A stretch of 64,000 bases of DNA from Eledone cirrhosa (taxonomy: Eukaryota): assembly GCA_964016885.1 (NCBI GenBank), contig OZ024740.1:158224001-158288000 (forward strand). The letters are read 5' to 3'. A program made the position numbers and the translations under genes. The first letter of the stretch is position 1; every line of letters starts with the position of its first letter. Shown here piece after piece: positions 11,701 through 23,469 of this stretch. The notes beneath the pieces were generated by a model. That model had not been told where the DNA came from. It searched no databases and saw only the letters and a list, made by a program, of their open reading frames with translations.

Positions 11701-13367
11701 CTTTCTCCTTGGGGTTACTCTTCAGGTAACATTTCATAACAGTTCTATTCAATTCTTTCGTCCAGTTGGTTCTGGTCCCTTTCCTTCTTCTTCTTCCTCC
11801 GACACCAGCAGTATTTGGTTGACAGCCAGGTCCCTGCTGCTGAGCCAGGGAGCACCTGTTGGGTGAGAGTCTGTCACATGACATTCTAGTCTCCATTTCA
11901 CCGTTATTCGAACTGTTTAGGTTCGACATTTAAACACTCTTATCGAGGATTGGCGAATGTATGGTTACATAACCACCGGTGAATTACTTGTCTCCGGTGG
12001 TTTCGTCACTCCACGTGACTTTTGTGTGGCATTATCACGCTGTAGACGAACCCAAACAAACAAACAAGCAAACAGGCAGAAAAAAACCCCAAAATGAATA
12101 AGCATAAGTTTCATTGTAATGTAGTGTTTGAATGTCTGACTTAGTTTTTCCCTTCCCTTCTCTGTCCGTCCGTTTGTTTTTCTCTTCCTTTTTATTTCCT
12201 TTACGTTTTTCGTTGTTGCTGTGCTGCTTTGATTTTGATTTTTGTTGTGTTTTTTTTTATTTTGACCGGGTCATCAATTCAGTCTATTTATATATTTTGA
12301 TGTTTTCCTCTTTTAGTCGGAATTCTACAATGTAGCAGCGGATAGCGGGAGAGAATAGCGGCGGTAGTGATACTGAGGCAGCGGCGGCGGGGGTGGTGGC
12401 GGTGCTGTGCTAGCAGCAACTAGCAGGAGGTAGTGGGAGGGAATAGCGGCGGTAGCGATAGTGAGGAAGCGGTGGTGGTGATGTGGTCGTATTACTTTGT
12501 TAAAACTAAAACTTGATTTTGATTATTGTTTTTTTTTTTGTTTTTTTTTTGATCGGGTCATCAATTCAGTCTATTTATATATTTCGATGTTTTCCTCTTT
12601 TAGTGAGAATTCTACAATGTAGCAGGGGGTAGTGGGAGAGAATAGCGGCGGTAGTGATATTGAGGCAGCGGCGGCGATGACGGTGCTGTGCTAGCTGCAA
12701 CTAGCAGGAGGTAGTGGGAGAGAATAGCGGCGGTAGCGATAGTGAGGCAGCGGTGGTAGTGATGTGGTCGTATTACTGTAGTGATGGTGTTGAAGTTGGA
12801 GTAGAAATTTGAGTCGACTTGACCAGAGTTTTCATCGTGGTAGTGGTGGTGGTATTGGTGGTGAAATTATCTTTAGTGAAATTATCGTTAGTCGCGTGTA
12901 TGTGTTGACATTTATTGGAATTAAACGTTTTGTTAAAACTAAAACTTGAGGCAATAGTAATAGTAATTATTATTATTATGCTGAGATTGGTGGTGGTGGT
13001 GGTGAAATTGCCGTTATCGGGCTGTTGTGTTTAGTGTACACAGAGGGGTGATGGGGTAGGTGGTGTATCTAGTTTCTGATGTTGGTGAAATTGCTGTTAT
13101 TTGGCTGTTCTATATAGTGTAGACAGAGGGGGTTTCCTTCCATTTATAACCATTTTCTTTTTGAATATAAAATGTATAATACAAAATTGAATATTTGAGC
13201 GATATAACAATATATTGTGGATCCGAATTTTTTGGGACACAAGCTGGATGTTTTATGCAACATTTGTACTAAGAATTGTTATTTCACAATTGATTTAAAT
13301 ATGTTAAAAAATCAAACTTACGGGAGCGATTTCTCGACCTTCTATCCACCATGTGTGTCTTCTTCCC
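8767..13367 (-). mobile_element. R4/Dong-type element, subfamily B; full-length ends, disrupted ORF
   Basis: Fragmented ORFs 8850-11929 are highly similar to subfamily A. Premature stops and an internal deletion in RT (junction near 9878). The 5'UTR has an internal duplication (about 12230-12500 vs 12510-12780). Confidence 0.9.
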
Positions 13368-13399
<32 letters not shown>

Positions 13400-13793
13400 G
13401 TTATTGTTATTCCTTGAATCTCAGTCATTGATGTTGGTTAACTGGAAAGTCCGTTGGATTGAATATCAAGCCACTACCTGCAGCCTCAGATATTCAGGAC
13501 GTATCGGAGGGTTCTTGCCGTTCCAAGCAAGCATGCCTTTTGAAGCGTTCCAAAAAGCGTGAAGGGGCCGATTTTCTTTAACCATCCCTGGAAACCTTTG
13601 GAGATAGTCCCCAGTGCGCCTATGACAATCGGGATCACTTTGACTTCATGGCAGTTCCAAATCCTTTTCACCTCCCACTTTAGGTCCTGGTATCGGTTAA
13701 TTTTCTCCCTCTCCTTCTCTTGCACTCTCGTGTCGAACGGGCAGGCCACATCCACAATCAGGCACGATCTTTTTTCTTTGTTCACAACCACCA
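13400..13793 (-). mobile_element. R4/Dong subfamily A, 5'-truncated copy (3' about 390 bp)
   Basis: Near-identical to 4147-4540 and flanked by (ATT)n on both sides. Confidence 0.92.
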
Positions 13794-13842
<49 letters not shown>

Positions 13843-14055
13843 GAATGCCATGGTTGACGGAGGCTCGGCTCTGTAAGGTATAGTAATTTTTAACCGTTAA
13901 AACAATTGTAAATTGTTTAAAACTTGAACCAAATTGTTGATAAAGACACCCTCCTCCTCGTGAGAGGGGTCTTTCTGTCCGTTATTTGGCCCTTCGGGGT
14001 TAAATAACCAGTTATTGGGGTTTTGTACCCAAAATTTCATTTTAAACAAAAAAAC

Positions 14056-16149
14056 ATGGCTACCAAAAAAAAAAAATTTCATACGTCACTCCCACTCATT
14101 CCGTCTTCTTCTTCCTCAATCATCACTACAGGAGAGAGAAGATTGTCTCTCTCCCTCCCTTCTTTAAATGTGTCTCTCTCCCTACCTTCTCTTTCGCAAG
14201 CGACGAAAGAAAAGAAAAGTCTCGTGCAAAGCGTGCAAGGTTTCTCCACGACGACGACGACAGCGACGAAACAGGTGTGCGGGAAATACGAAAACCCAGT
14301 TCATTCGTCTGACGTCAGGAATAATAGCAGTAGCAGCCGTAATAACAACAGCAACAGTGACAATGAAAACAACAGTAGCAGCCGCAACAGCATCACCAGC
14401 AGCATAAACAACAACAGCATTAGCAGCAGCAACACCAACAACAACCACAGCAACAGCGGCGGAGGCAGTAGTCGTAGTACCTGCAGCAACAACAAAAGTA
14501 CCAGCAGCTCTGACGACAACAACAACAGCAGAGAAAAACCAATCTCATTTGCAGGTATTGCGAAAAACCTGGAAACAATCCTCATAACAAATGAGGAATT
14601 AGAGGAAGCGAAGAAGATGGTGACAAAGAACGGACACCGAGCAATCTGCAAGGCAGCGAAAAATTTTTTCGAAACCCAAGAGCACTGTACGGTCACGTAC
14701 CGTACAGTAAGTACAAAATCCCGTAGGGTGGAAAGAGCCACAGAGGCCCAAATACAAAAAGCCTTGGGGTCTGTGTGGCAGAGGAAAACGCACATCACCC
14801 GAGGCAAAAAATACGCCACCGTAGACGTACTTTTTGCCACACCCCAGGAGGCAAAGGCCCAATCAGTAGTGACCCTAAGGAGCGAGGAAATGGTGTTGGT
14901 GCCCTCCTACTGCGGGCAAAAAATTGTGAGGGTCAAACTGACCCACGTCCCCCCCGGAATGACCCCTTCTTGGCTGGCCGCGTCTGTCCTCGTCGGAATC
15001 GAGGACAAAACAACTGTACTGCAAGTACAGAAAAAAGTAAGAGAAGATTGGGTCGGCTCCTCCATTGAGATGCTAATCCAAACCAACCAGGAGTGCATCG
15101 AAGCTATCCCGGATGTGATAGACTTCGATAACGGCACTCAACTGCCCATAAGTGTTGAGGGCAAACGCCCGAAATGCTTTCGCTGTGGATCGAAGACTCA
15201 CCTCAGGGCCTTCTGCAATGAGAAGACCCTGAGAAAGGAGAAAACCCCCCTCCTCCCGAATCCGGTTCCACGGCTACCAGCAACAGGACAAGCGGCAACC
15301 AGGAACGATAGGTCCGTGGCACCCATACCCACTCCACGGAAATCAAAGACAGCAGCAGCAGTGGAAATATTAACAACAACAACAGCAATACCAAATGCAG
15401 CTGCAACAGAGACTCCAGTGCAAACATCACCAACAACAACAAGTGAAAGAGTGGAGCTGGTACCCCTCCCCGACCTTACAGAATCAGACATGGAGTGTGA
15501 GGTGGGAGAGGGATGGCAAAAGGTCTCAAGAAGGCACAAACGCAGAAGCAGCGCATCGTCGCCTTTGAAAAGGGAGGAAAGAAATGAGAAAAGGGTAAAG
15601 TCTACTGCAAAGAGACCCACAGCAGCAACACCACCAACACCATCACCACCCACACCAGCACCACCATCACCACCGGCGACAACCCCACCGCCAACAACAC
15701 CTTCAACACCACAAGCACCAACATCGCAAACACAACAACAAAACACACACACCCAGCAACAACGACAAGAAAATAGCAGAACCACACCCCACCCCCAGAA
15801 AAACAAATGCACGGCAATAAACACACACAACAAGAAACTAATGACTTACATAATTGAACACACAGACATTTCACAACAGGACTACATAATACCAGCACCA
15901 ATCAAAACGCCAACTAACATAAGACTGCTAAAAATAGCACAGAAACAATACACAAACATTAAAACGAAATTCCCCAACGCAGTTGGTGATTTCAGGGACC
16001 TAGGAGGAACCATTAATCGAAGAGTATATTCAGACATTCTCTTAGAAGAGCCGACGACCAGCCGAAGGGACGATTCAACGGTCCCTTCACCAGACGATCA
16101 AGTGAAAAGGGATGTAAAAACCATCCCTCCTCTACCAAAAATACGGTAA
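14056..16149 (+). CDS. Tx1 ORF1, gag-like nucleic-acid-binding protein
   Basis: First ATG at 14056 (MATKKKK). N/S-rich tract, CCHC knuckle CFRCGSKTHLRAFC, basic WQKVSRRHKRR motif and a P/T-rich tail. Confidence 0.88.
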   Translation: MATKKKKFHTSLPLIPSSSSSIITTGERRLSLSLPSLNVSLSLPSLSQATKEKKSLVQSVQGFSTTTTTATKQVCGKYENPVHSSDVRNNSSSSRNNNSNSDNENNSSSRNSITSSINNNSISSSNTNNNHSNSGGGSSRSTCSNNKSTSSSDDNNNSREKPISFAGIAKNLETILITNEELEEAKKMVTKNGHRAICKAAKNFFETQEHCTVTYRTVSTKSRRVERATEAQIQKALGSVWQRKTHITRGKKYATVDVLFATPQEAKAQSVVTLRSEEMVLVPSYCGQKIVRVKLTHVPPGMTPSWLAASVLVGIEDKTTVLQVQKKVREDWVGSSIEMLIQTNQECIEAIPDVIDFDNGTQLPISVEGKRPKCFRCGSKTHLRAFCNEKTLRKEKTPLLPNPVPRLPATGQAATRNDRSVAPIPTPRKSKTAAAVEILTTTTAIPNAAATETPVQTSPTTTSERVELVPLPDLTESDMECEVGEGWQKVSRRHKRRSSASSPLKREERNEKRVKSTAKRPTAATPPTPSPPTPAPPSPPATTPPPTTPSTPQAPTSQTQQQNTHTQQQRQENSRTTPHPQKNKCTAINTHNKKLMTYIIEHTDISQQDYIIPAPIKTPTNIRLLKIAQKQYTNIKTKFPNAVGDFRDLGGTINRRVYSDILLEEPTTSRRDDSTVPSPDDQVKRDVKTIPPLPKIR

Positions 16150-16184
16150 GTGGTCTTTCCCATCTTTTCCACTCTATTTTAAAC

Positions 16185-19100
16185 ATGACCTCACTCAGAA
16201 TAGGCAGCATAAATGCGCGTGGCTTGGGGTCGTCATGGAAGCAGGGTCACCTGCTCAACGACCTCAGGTCACTAAACATAGATGTAGTGGCCATCAGCGA
16301 GACCAGAATCTCCGAAGCACGGGCCTTCGCACCGATCTTCGGCGGCTACGATGTGTACGCATCTCCCAGCCGTCCTGGATCCGGTGGAGGAGTTGCTGTA
16401 CTTTTTCGGAGAGGTTTGGATCTCGCCATACGGGCCATCTTCCTGGACCCAGAGGGTAAGCTGGTGGTGCTGGACGTGACCAGCGGAGACGGGCAAGCTT
16501 TCAGGCTAGTGGCCGTCTATGCCCCGACAGGAGCAGGGCGGCCTGATTTCTTCCGGCGTCTGGAGACCTTTCTTGGAACGTCCCGCTCTTTAGTGTTAGT
16601 GGGCGACTGGAACGGGATCTTAGATGCACGCTGGGACTGTGTGGGATTAGCGGATAGGGGTGGAGGGTGCAAGAGCCTCACCAACCTGCTCAGGCGTTTT
16701 GAACTGTCTGACAGGTACCGATTGGATTTCCCGAATGTGCCAATGTGGACTTGGACAAACCGCATAGGGTCATCCAGATCATATCTAGATAGAGTATTTT
16801 GTAGGGAAATAGATAGGTCTAGCATAGGCTGTCCACAATTCAAGATAGTCAGCTACACGGACCACAAATTCGTGATCTGTGTGCTTGACTTAGATAGGCT
16901 TCATAGACGAGGACCCGGCTACTGGAAGCTAAACGCGTCCTTACCAGCGCGCAAGGCCTACAGAGACCGGATTAGCGAACTAGTTAAGCGGGCGTTGACG
17001 GGGGCCATCGTCAACAACAAGTGGTGGTTTGCTCTGAAAAGAGCGATTAGAATAGAATCGATTAGGTTTAGTAAGGCTTTAGCAATAGAGAAAAATAGAG
17101 CAGAGGGAGAACTAGTTAGAAAATTAGACGAGGCGCTTAGCAAAGGCATTGCGACCGACGTGCTTGCGGCGAAATTGGCCCTTGACCAATTCTTCAATGC
17201 AAAGCACGAAGGCTGCGTTGTCAGAGCTAGGGTGCGTGCTCTCAGACACGAGGGGACGAAAGCCGTTCAATGGGCCCGAGTGGCGGAGGCGCGTCGTGGC
17301 AACAAAGCCACGATCCGGTCTTTGGTGGACCACGACGGGCGCATGCTACTCGATCCCGGGCAAATGTGTGAAGCTTTTCAGCGACACTTCGCTCAGCTGT
17401 TCGGGGGCAGCGGGGGGCCGGGTAGAGGGATGGACTTTAGTGTCTACCTCGACGGACTGCCGCGGCTCTCGGCCACTGAGGCGAAGTGTTGCGAAAAGCC
17501 GATAACAGCCGCTGAAGTACGGGAGGCAATGACTGGCTGCACAAGGGGTAAATCGCCTGGTTTGGATGGTCTGCCCTATGAACTTTACGTACAGATGCCA
17601 GACTTGTTCGGAGGCCTCTTGGCGGACGTCTACTGCAACTGGCAACAGAACGGGAGAATTCCCAGTTCTGTGAGCCGAGGAGCGGTGGCACTGCTGAGAA
17701 AGGATCCGAACAAGGGGGATAACATAGACAATTTCCGGCCCATAACTCTGCTAAACACAGAGTTTAAGATTTTGGCCAAGGTGCTAGCAAAGAGGTTGGC
17801 GCTTGTCGTTGGTGGTCTGGTGGGAGAGGCGCAGACATGCGCCATTCCCGACAGATCCATCCACGACAACCTCCACCTCATGCGATACATCGTAGAGAGG
17901 GTAGCTAGGGAACCTGGCACGGGTGGGTCCTTGATCAATTTAGATCAGTCGAAAGCTTTCGATAGGGTCGACCATCGTTACCTAGCGGCAGTCCTGAGGG
18001 CGGCTGGCTTTGGGCCCGTCTTCAGAGGCTGGATCGCTGCCATGCACAGCGACATCTGCTCTGTGGTGAGAGTGAACGGTCACCTGTCGGAACCGTTCAA
18101 CATCATGCGCTCGGTCCGCCAAGGATGTCCCCTCTCGTCCCTCTTGTACGTATTGACTCTCGAGCCATTACTGCACAAACTGGAGACGTTGAGGGGAGTC
18201 CCGCGCGAACTAGGATGCGGAAGATCCGTGTCAGCATATGCGGACGATGTCACCGTAGTGGTGTCGAACGCCAAACACATCGAGGCGATCGGCACTACAC
18301 TAAGAGAATACGAAGCGGTGACAGGAGCAATGATCAACCAGGAAAAGTCAGTGGGCCTGCAGCTCGGCACCTGGAGAGGCAGGTCCATGCCGTCCAACAG
18401 CGTCGTCGGGCGCTGGACGGACGGACCGGTTAAATTGCTAGGGGTCTGGTTCGGTCCGGACCTCCAGACGGACAAAAACTGGGACGAGGTGACGAGCAGG
18501 GTGGCTTCTCTCACCCAGAAATGGGCGGAGAGGAAGCTATCCCTGAAAGGTCGAGCGGAGGTGGCTAACGCGTACATCGCGTCTGTCATCTGCTACCGCC
18601 TAACCGTCGTACCTTGTCCTAAGCCTCGCCTGACTGCGCTGGAGCGTTTGCTCTTTCGCTTTTTGTGGAAGGGACGTGCTCCGATGGTCAGGCGGTCCAT
18701 CTGTTGTCAACACCCGCTACGTGGAGGGCTGGGCATGCCGTGGCTGATGATGCGCAGGCACGCGCTCAGGCTACGACATCTCCACCTCTTCCTCGACGGT
18801 GATCAGGTGTGGTCGCCGTTTGCTAGACGCGTTTTTCCCCAGCTCGTTTCCTTGACGGAGCTGCAGTCCTGGGTCAAGCGAAGACCGAGAGGGAGCGCCT
18901 GGAGACTGGAATGTCTTCAGGCGCTCACAGCCCTCGACCAATCGGGCAATGTGATCGGTGGAAACTCCACCTCGGCGTTCTATAGAGGATTAGTGGAGGG
19001 GAAGAGCGACGACGTACTTGGGGAAACTCTAGGCGTCGACGAAAATCAACTAGCCAATCTCTTCGGAAGAACTTTCGGGCCAGGGCCTATGGACAACTTC

Positions 19101-19604
19101 CAGAAATCTCTGGCCTGGCAGTGCTACCGAGGAGCCTTGCCAGTTCGGGATAAACTCTACAGGCATGGAGGTGCCGTCAGCCGGGCATGTCCGAGATGCG
19201 CGCAGGGCGACGAAACCGTCCTGCACGCACTCGTCCAGTGTCCGAAAATTGCTGACTTGTGGGTTTATGTCGAACACCTGCTGTCGCGTTTAGGACGGAT
19301 CCAGCTATCATCTGGGTCTATCGTGAGGATTGCCCCGCCCTCCTCCTTTAGCCGGGAAGGGCAGGCAGTTTTTATCTGTCTGGTGGCCATGGCGAAAGAG
19401 ATAGTATGGTGGACACGTTTGAAAGGGCTGAAGACGAGCACTTACCTCTTCGGTGATGCTCTGATTGACTTTTTCAAATTTCATTTGAAAAGGAAAATCA
19501 GAGTAGAGAAGGAAGTGCTCTCTTCCCAGCATTTTGTTGAAAGATGGGTGAGAGAAGCAAGAATGGCCCGAGTGAATGGGCCGACTCTGAGTATATATCT
19601 GTAA
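16185..19604 (+). CDS. Tx1 ORF2, 1139 aa (APE endonuclease, RT, zinc finger), intact
   Basis: GSINARGL, SETRI, VGDWN, YLDR, YTDHK, GPGYWKLN, NFRPITLLN, DQSKAFDRV, RQGCPLS, AYADD, CPRC..HALVQC. Confidence 0.96.
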   Translation: MTSLRIGSINARGLGSSWKQGHLLNDLRSLNIDVVAISETRISEARAFAPIFGGYDVYASPSRPGSGGGVAVLFRRGLDLAIRAIFLDPEGKLVVLDVTSGDGQAFRLVAVYAPTGAGRPDFFRRLETFLGTSRSLVLVGDWNGILDARWDCVGLADRGGGCKSLTNLLRRFELSDRYRLDFPNVPMWTWTNRIGSSRSYLDRVFCREIDRSSIGCPQFKIVSYTDHKFVICVLDLDRLHRRGPGYWKLNASLPARKAYRDRISELVKRALTGAIVNNKWWFALKRAIRIESIRFSKALAIEKNRAEGELVRKLDEALSKGIATDVLAAKLALDQFFNAKHEGCVVRARVRALRHEGTKAVQWARVAEARRGNKATIRSLVDHDGRMLLDPGQMCEAFQRHFAQLFGGSGGPGRGMDFSVYLDGLPRLSATEAKCCEKPITAAEVREAMTGCTRGKSPGLDGLPYELYVQMPDLFGGLLADVYCNWQQNGRIPSSVSRGAVALLRKDPNKGDNIDNFRPITLLNTEFKILAKVLAKRLALVVGGLVGEAQTCAIPDRSIHDNLHLMRYIVERVAREPGTGGSLINLDQSKAFDRVDHRYLAAVLRAAGFGPVFRGWIAAMHSDICSVVRVNGHLSEPFNIMRSVRQGCPLSSLLYVLTLEPLLHKLETLRGVPRELGCGRSVSAYADDVTVVVSNAKHIEAIGTTLREYEAVTGAMINQEKSVGLQLGTWRGRSMPSNSVVGRWTDGPVKLLGVWFGPDLQTDKNWDEVTSRVASLTQKWAERKLSLKGRAEVANAYIASVICYRLTVVPCPKPRLTALERLLFRFLWKGRAPMVRRSICCQHPLRGGLGMPWLMMRRHALRLRHLHLFLDGDQVWSPFARRVFPQLVSLTELQSWVKRRPRGSAWRLECLQALTALDQSGNVIGGNSTSAFYRGLVEGKSDDVLGETLGVDENQLANLFGRTFGPGPMDNFQKSLAWQCYRGALPVRDKLYRHGGAVSRACPRCAQGDETVLHALVQCPKIADLWVYVEHLLSRLGRIQLSSGSIVRIAPPSSFSREGQAVFICLVAMAKEIVWWTRLKGLKTSTYLFGDALIDFFKFHLKRKIRVEKEVLSSQHFVERWVREARMARVNGPTLSIYL

Positions 19605-19864
19605 ACTAAAGGTGGAAAACTGGGAGAGGGCACTTGCCTTGGTGGTCAGGGTCATTGTGGCTTTTTACTGGGCTTTCTCCACAAATGTCCCTCCGAAGTC
19701 TCCCCCCTATTGGGGAATTTTTCATTGTTATTTTCATTGTTATTTTTGTTACATCCTCTGTTTTTGTTTTTTTACACGCAGAAATGCCCATTTGTACCGT
19801 CCTGCATTGTCCTGCACTGTCCTTAATGTCTACTTTATGTAAACCCTTGTGGTTAATAAAGAAA

Positions 19865-19920
<56 letters not shown>

Positions 19921-20301
19921 GCGCATCATTACTGCTTTACTGATCACAGCTCTGTGTGCCTTGAATATGAGCAGTGTAGTTTTTGCTGATGTTGTTTCTA
20001 TAGTACTTTACGTAATATGTGTGCAGTGCCTAGTAGTGCTATCTTTTGTATGCTGTATATATGTGTAAGTTCTGCAGTTTTGGCTTTATATTTGCCTGTG
20101 TTTTTTTTTATCATTTCTAGAGCACCTATTATTATAGGTATTGTTTCTGTTTTCATTTTCCACATTTGAGTTATTTCGATCTGTAGATCTTTATATTTGG
20201 AGTGTTTCTCTATTTCCTTGGAAGATATATTATCGTCTGTGGGGATAGATACATCTATTAGAAGGCAACTTTTTCTTTATGGTTTTTGGCTATTATATCT
20301 A

Positions 20302-20324
<23 letters not shown>

Positions 20325-20332
<8 letters not shown>

Positions 20333-20349
20333 TGTGTGCGTGTGTGTGC

Positions 20350-20389
<40 letters not shown>

Positions 20390-20427
20390 ATGTGTATGTG
20401 TGTGTGAGTGTGTGTGAGTGTGTATAT

Positions 20428-20478
<51 letters not shown>
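20325..20478. repeat. (TG)n microsatellite, representative of dozens of (TA)n, (TG)n, (GA)n and (TATG)n tracts between 20 and 44 kb
   Basis: Read directly; other examples at 21505-21593, 24035-24158, 34054-34156, 39478-39572, 43282-43770 and 63423-63524. Confidence 0.95.
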
Positions 20479-20482
<4 letters not shown>

Positions 20483-20608
20483 TTGTCCTGGGGCCCGTCG
20501 AGAGGCCAGTTTTGAAACAGCTCTACTATACACTGGTGGCCATAACTGGACTCCGAAATCTAAAGTCCCGCATATATGTTAGATGTATGAAATTTTAAAT
20601 ATACTACG

Positions 20609-20646
<38 letters not shown>

Positions 20647-21091
20647 TAAAAAACATGAGAAGAAAGAAGAATACTGCTTGGTTGCACATGGGTTACATAT
20701 GATAAAAATAGTCCTTCGTCAGTGATTTTCCAACCATCATTGGTATTACATCGCATTAAAAATCATATACCTCAGGTTGGTGCGAGCAGTAACTAAAAAA
20801 AGTTATTGGGACCAGTAAATCGCGTAAAGCGAGGGGAACAAGTGAACAACATAGAAGGATAAAAGCAAACCAAAGAAAGGAAAAAAACAAGCAACATGGT
20901 TGTCCTGGTCAGCATAAACTGGGTGGATTTCATGAGCGAAAGGTACAGACGTCCGATGTGAGTGAGATGTAAGCAAGAAGAGACCCACTGTAAGCCAAAC
21001 GGGAGGAAGTGAGAAGGGGAGAAACAGAGAGTGAGTGAGTGGAAGTGCGAGGAAGCGGTCAGTCCAGAGAAAGTGTAACTGACAGAGGGGG

Positions 21092-21145
<54 letters not shown>

Positions 21146-21148
<3 letters not shown>

Positions 21149-21249
21149 AACCAGTAAGACCCCGACAGCTGAGCTCAAGCCGTTTCGACGGCTAATTCTA
21201 GTACTTTGGTGCGTTATGGTCCACCTGGTTCCTTACCACATTTCCTTCG

Positions 21250-21252
<3 letters not shown>
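21146..21252 (+). repeat. Short interspersed repeat inserted in (TA)n (GACCCCGAC..GCTGAGCTCAAGCCG family)
   Basis: Related copies at about 21320-21500, 26618-26815 and 26857-26993. The copies at 21146, 26618 and 26857 end in TGGTCCACCTGGT..TTACC.CA.TT.CTT.GT(TA)n. Confidence 0.75.
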
Positions 21253-21324
<72 letters not shown>

Positions 21325-21498
21325 GATTTACAAGTATTAAACTAGTACTACTATTATACAGCAGAATACTCGATACTTAGGATAGTAGAGTGTGATTATA
21401 TTAGAAACAGTCGAGACCCGACTCTTTCTAATATATATATATATCATTTTCTAGCTGTTGAAACGGCAGGAGCTCATCAGTCGGAGTCCCGACTATTT

Positions 21499-21607
<109 letters not shown>

Positions 21608-22544
21608 TATATATATAGTGTGTGTGTGTGTTTCCTTACAAAATCCTAGCCAAAAATACACCACACAAAATAAAATTACCCAGTTAAATACAGGCTACAA
21701 CAGAAAACTCTTCGTACCAGAAAAATGTGAACGATGATCTTAGCCCACACAATATCTGATGCTTAATACAATATACATAATTATTCCTTAACAACTCTGT
21801 CCAACAACACTAGCCTAAACTACCCAAGAAAAAACAAAAACAAAAACACAAATACAATTACCCAGATATAAATTTCTTGTTATTGGTATGATCATAGCTA
21901 TTACTATTGTTACTTCCGCTGATGTGGTTGTTGTTGTTGATGATGGTGATGATTATGGTGATGATTATGGTGATGATTTTGGTGATGATGATAACGCTGA
22001 TAGTGATGGTGATGTTGATGATACTGTAATTGATGCTACTCTTGACATATTTAGTTTCCTCATTGTGTTTACAATCTTTATGTAAATGTCCCCTTTCTTT
22101 CCCTGCATCACCCCTCAATCTACTCCTCTCTCTACCTTCTATTCTCTTCCATTCTCTCCCCGCTCCCTCCTCCTCTACATCCATCTCCTTCTACTCTATC
22201 TCACAAACATTTTCAATATTTCTTCGTCCCTTTTTCCTTCCCACCACGCCCATCGCCATTTTGTTTTGTAATGTCTGATTTATTTGTATTTATGGGTGGT
22301 GCTGAGGTTTAGGTTTTAATTTTCTTACATTTGTTGGCATAGTTTTGTCGTTTTTTGTTGGTGTTACACTCCTTTCTCTTCTTCTTTTTGTTTACCCTTT
22401 CACGACACGATGTTCTACCAGGTTACTCTGACCGCCCGCAAAAACCTCAGTGCATCTGCTCGGAAAACGAACAAAGCGGATTTTTTCAACGACTACGTAC
22501 ACCGCCATCATTGATTGCAGCCATCGAACACGCACCCCCATTAT

Positions 22545-23270
22545 ATACATAAGGTTTGTCGCAAAAGCAGCCTGTCGTACGCTAGGAAATAAAATCCATT
22601 ACGTACTTTATGGAATTTAGTTGCTAACCACCTTCAAACTTGGGCCTTTGAGACTTCACACATTTAGCCAAACGATCCTTCGACTGTTCAAAGCTCGTCT
22701 GAAATGTTTCTTTCGAAACGGCTCTCACCTCCTCAGTCGCTGTGTGCATACTGTCATTTCGGTTCATTAGGTGGGAGCATTACATTGGCCTTGTCCTTTT
22801 TGTGAACAACGAGAAGTCACAAAGAGCCATGTCTTGAGAATAGTAGGGAGCCTCTCCAATTAACGAAATGCCTTCTTTTGCCAAGAAACCTTGTATCAGC
22901 TGCGACGAATAAGTCGAAACGTTATGATGCAGCTGTCAGTTTTGCGACACCCACAGAACCAGTCTCTTGTGTCGAACTGCATTACGAAGACATTGTGGTA
23001 TGTCCTCATAGTACACCATTGTAAATGTTTGTCTTTCTTGTGTGTATGCGTGATGTAGTCGAAGAAAACAATTAACACCACTGTTATTTTGCTAGGACGT
23101 GGTATGTTATTTTTTAAAATCCTTGATGACGTTGGATGTTTCCACTGCCATGACTCAACTTTGGTTTATATAAACACCCGAGTGTTTTCTCCAGTTATCA
23201 TGGTATACAGAATCCACTTGGGTAGTAACGGTCGACAATATCATTCAGGTACAATATTAAGTATATTGCA
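22545..23270 (-). mobile_element. Degraded mariner-type transposase relic; boundaries approximate
   Basis: The minus strand near 22790-22890 reads GFLAKEGISLIGEAPYYSQDMALCDFSLFTK, resembling the mariner FLAK..HPPYSPDLAPCDFFLF motif. Confidence 0.55.
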
Positions 23271-23303
23271 ATTAAGATGTGACGAGTTATATATATATAT
23301 AGA

Positions 23304-23356
23304 GAGATTCCTGATGATTTCTAAAGAATGAAACAGTTCTAGTCCTGTAGAATCTC
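23304..23356 (+). ncRNA. Type I hammerhead ribozyme motif
   Basis: Stem I GAGATTC/GAATCTC; CTGATGA; stem II TTCT/AGAA; GAAA; stem III CAG/CTG; GUA cleavage triplet. Confidence 0.75.
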
Positions 23357-23357
23357 A

Positions 23358-23400
<43 letters not shown>

Positions 23401-23469
23401 GGTGTGAGATGCTTAAGTCCGTAAGCGGTATGCCGTTTGAGCACTCGATGCTCTTACAGAGCAGAGTAT

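Larger units (their letters stand above)
13843..19866 (+). mobile_element. Tx1-clade LINE, family B; full length with both ORFs intact
   Basis: Starts GAATGCCATGG directly after (ATT)n. ORF1, 35-bp spacer, ORF2, then 3'UTR with AATAAA at 19855-19860, GAAATC and (ATT)n. Confidence 0.95.

Noticed and set aside
13400-19920. Segmental duplication with 45307-53300
   Set aside because: The R4 truncation points and outer neighbours differ; similarity is confined to the elements themselves.
22395-22540. Possible Penelope RT thumb fragment (ICSEN..FFQR..PPSLI)
   Set aside because: Too short and degraded to support.
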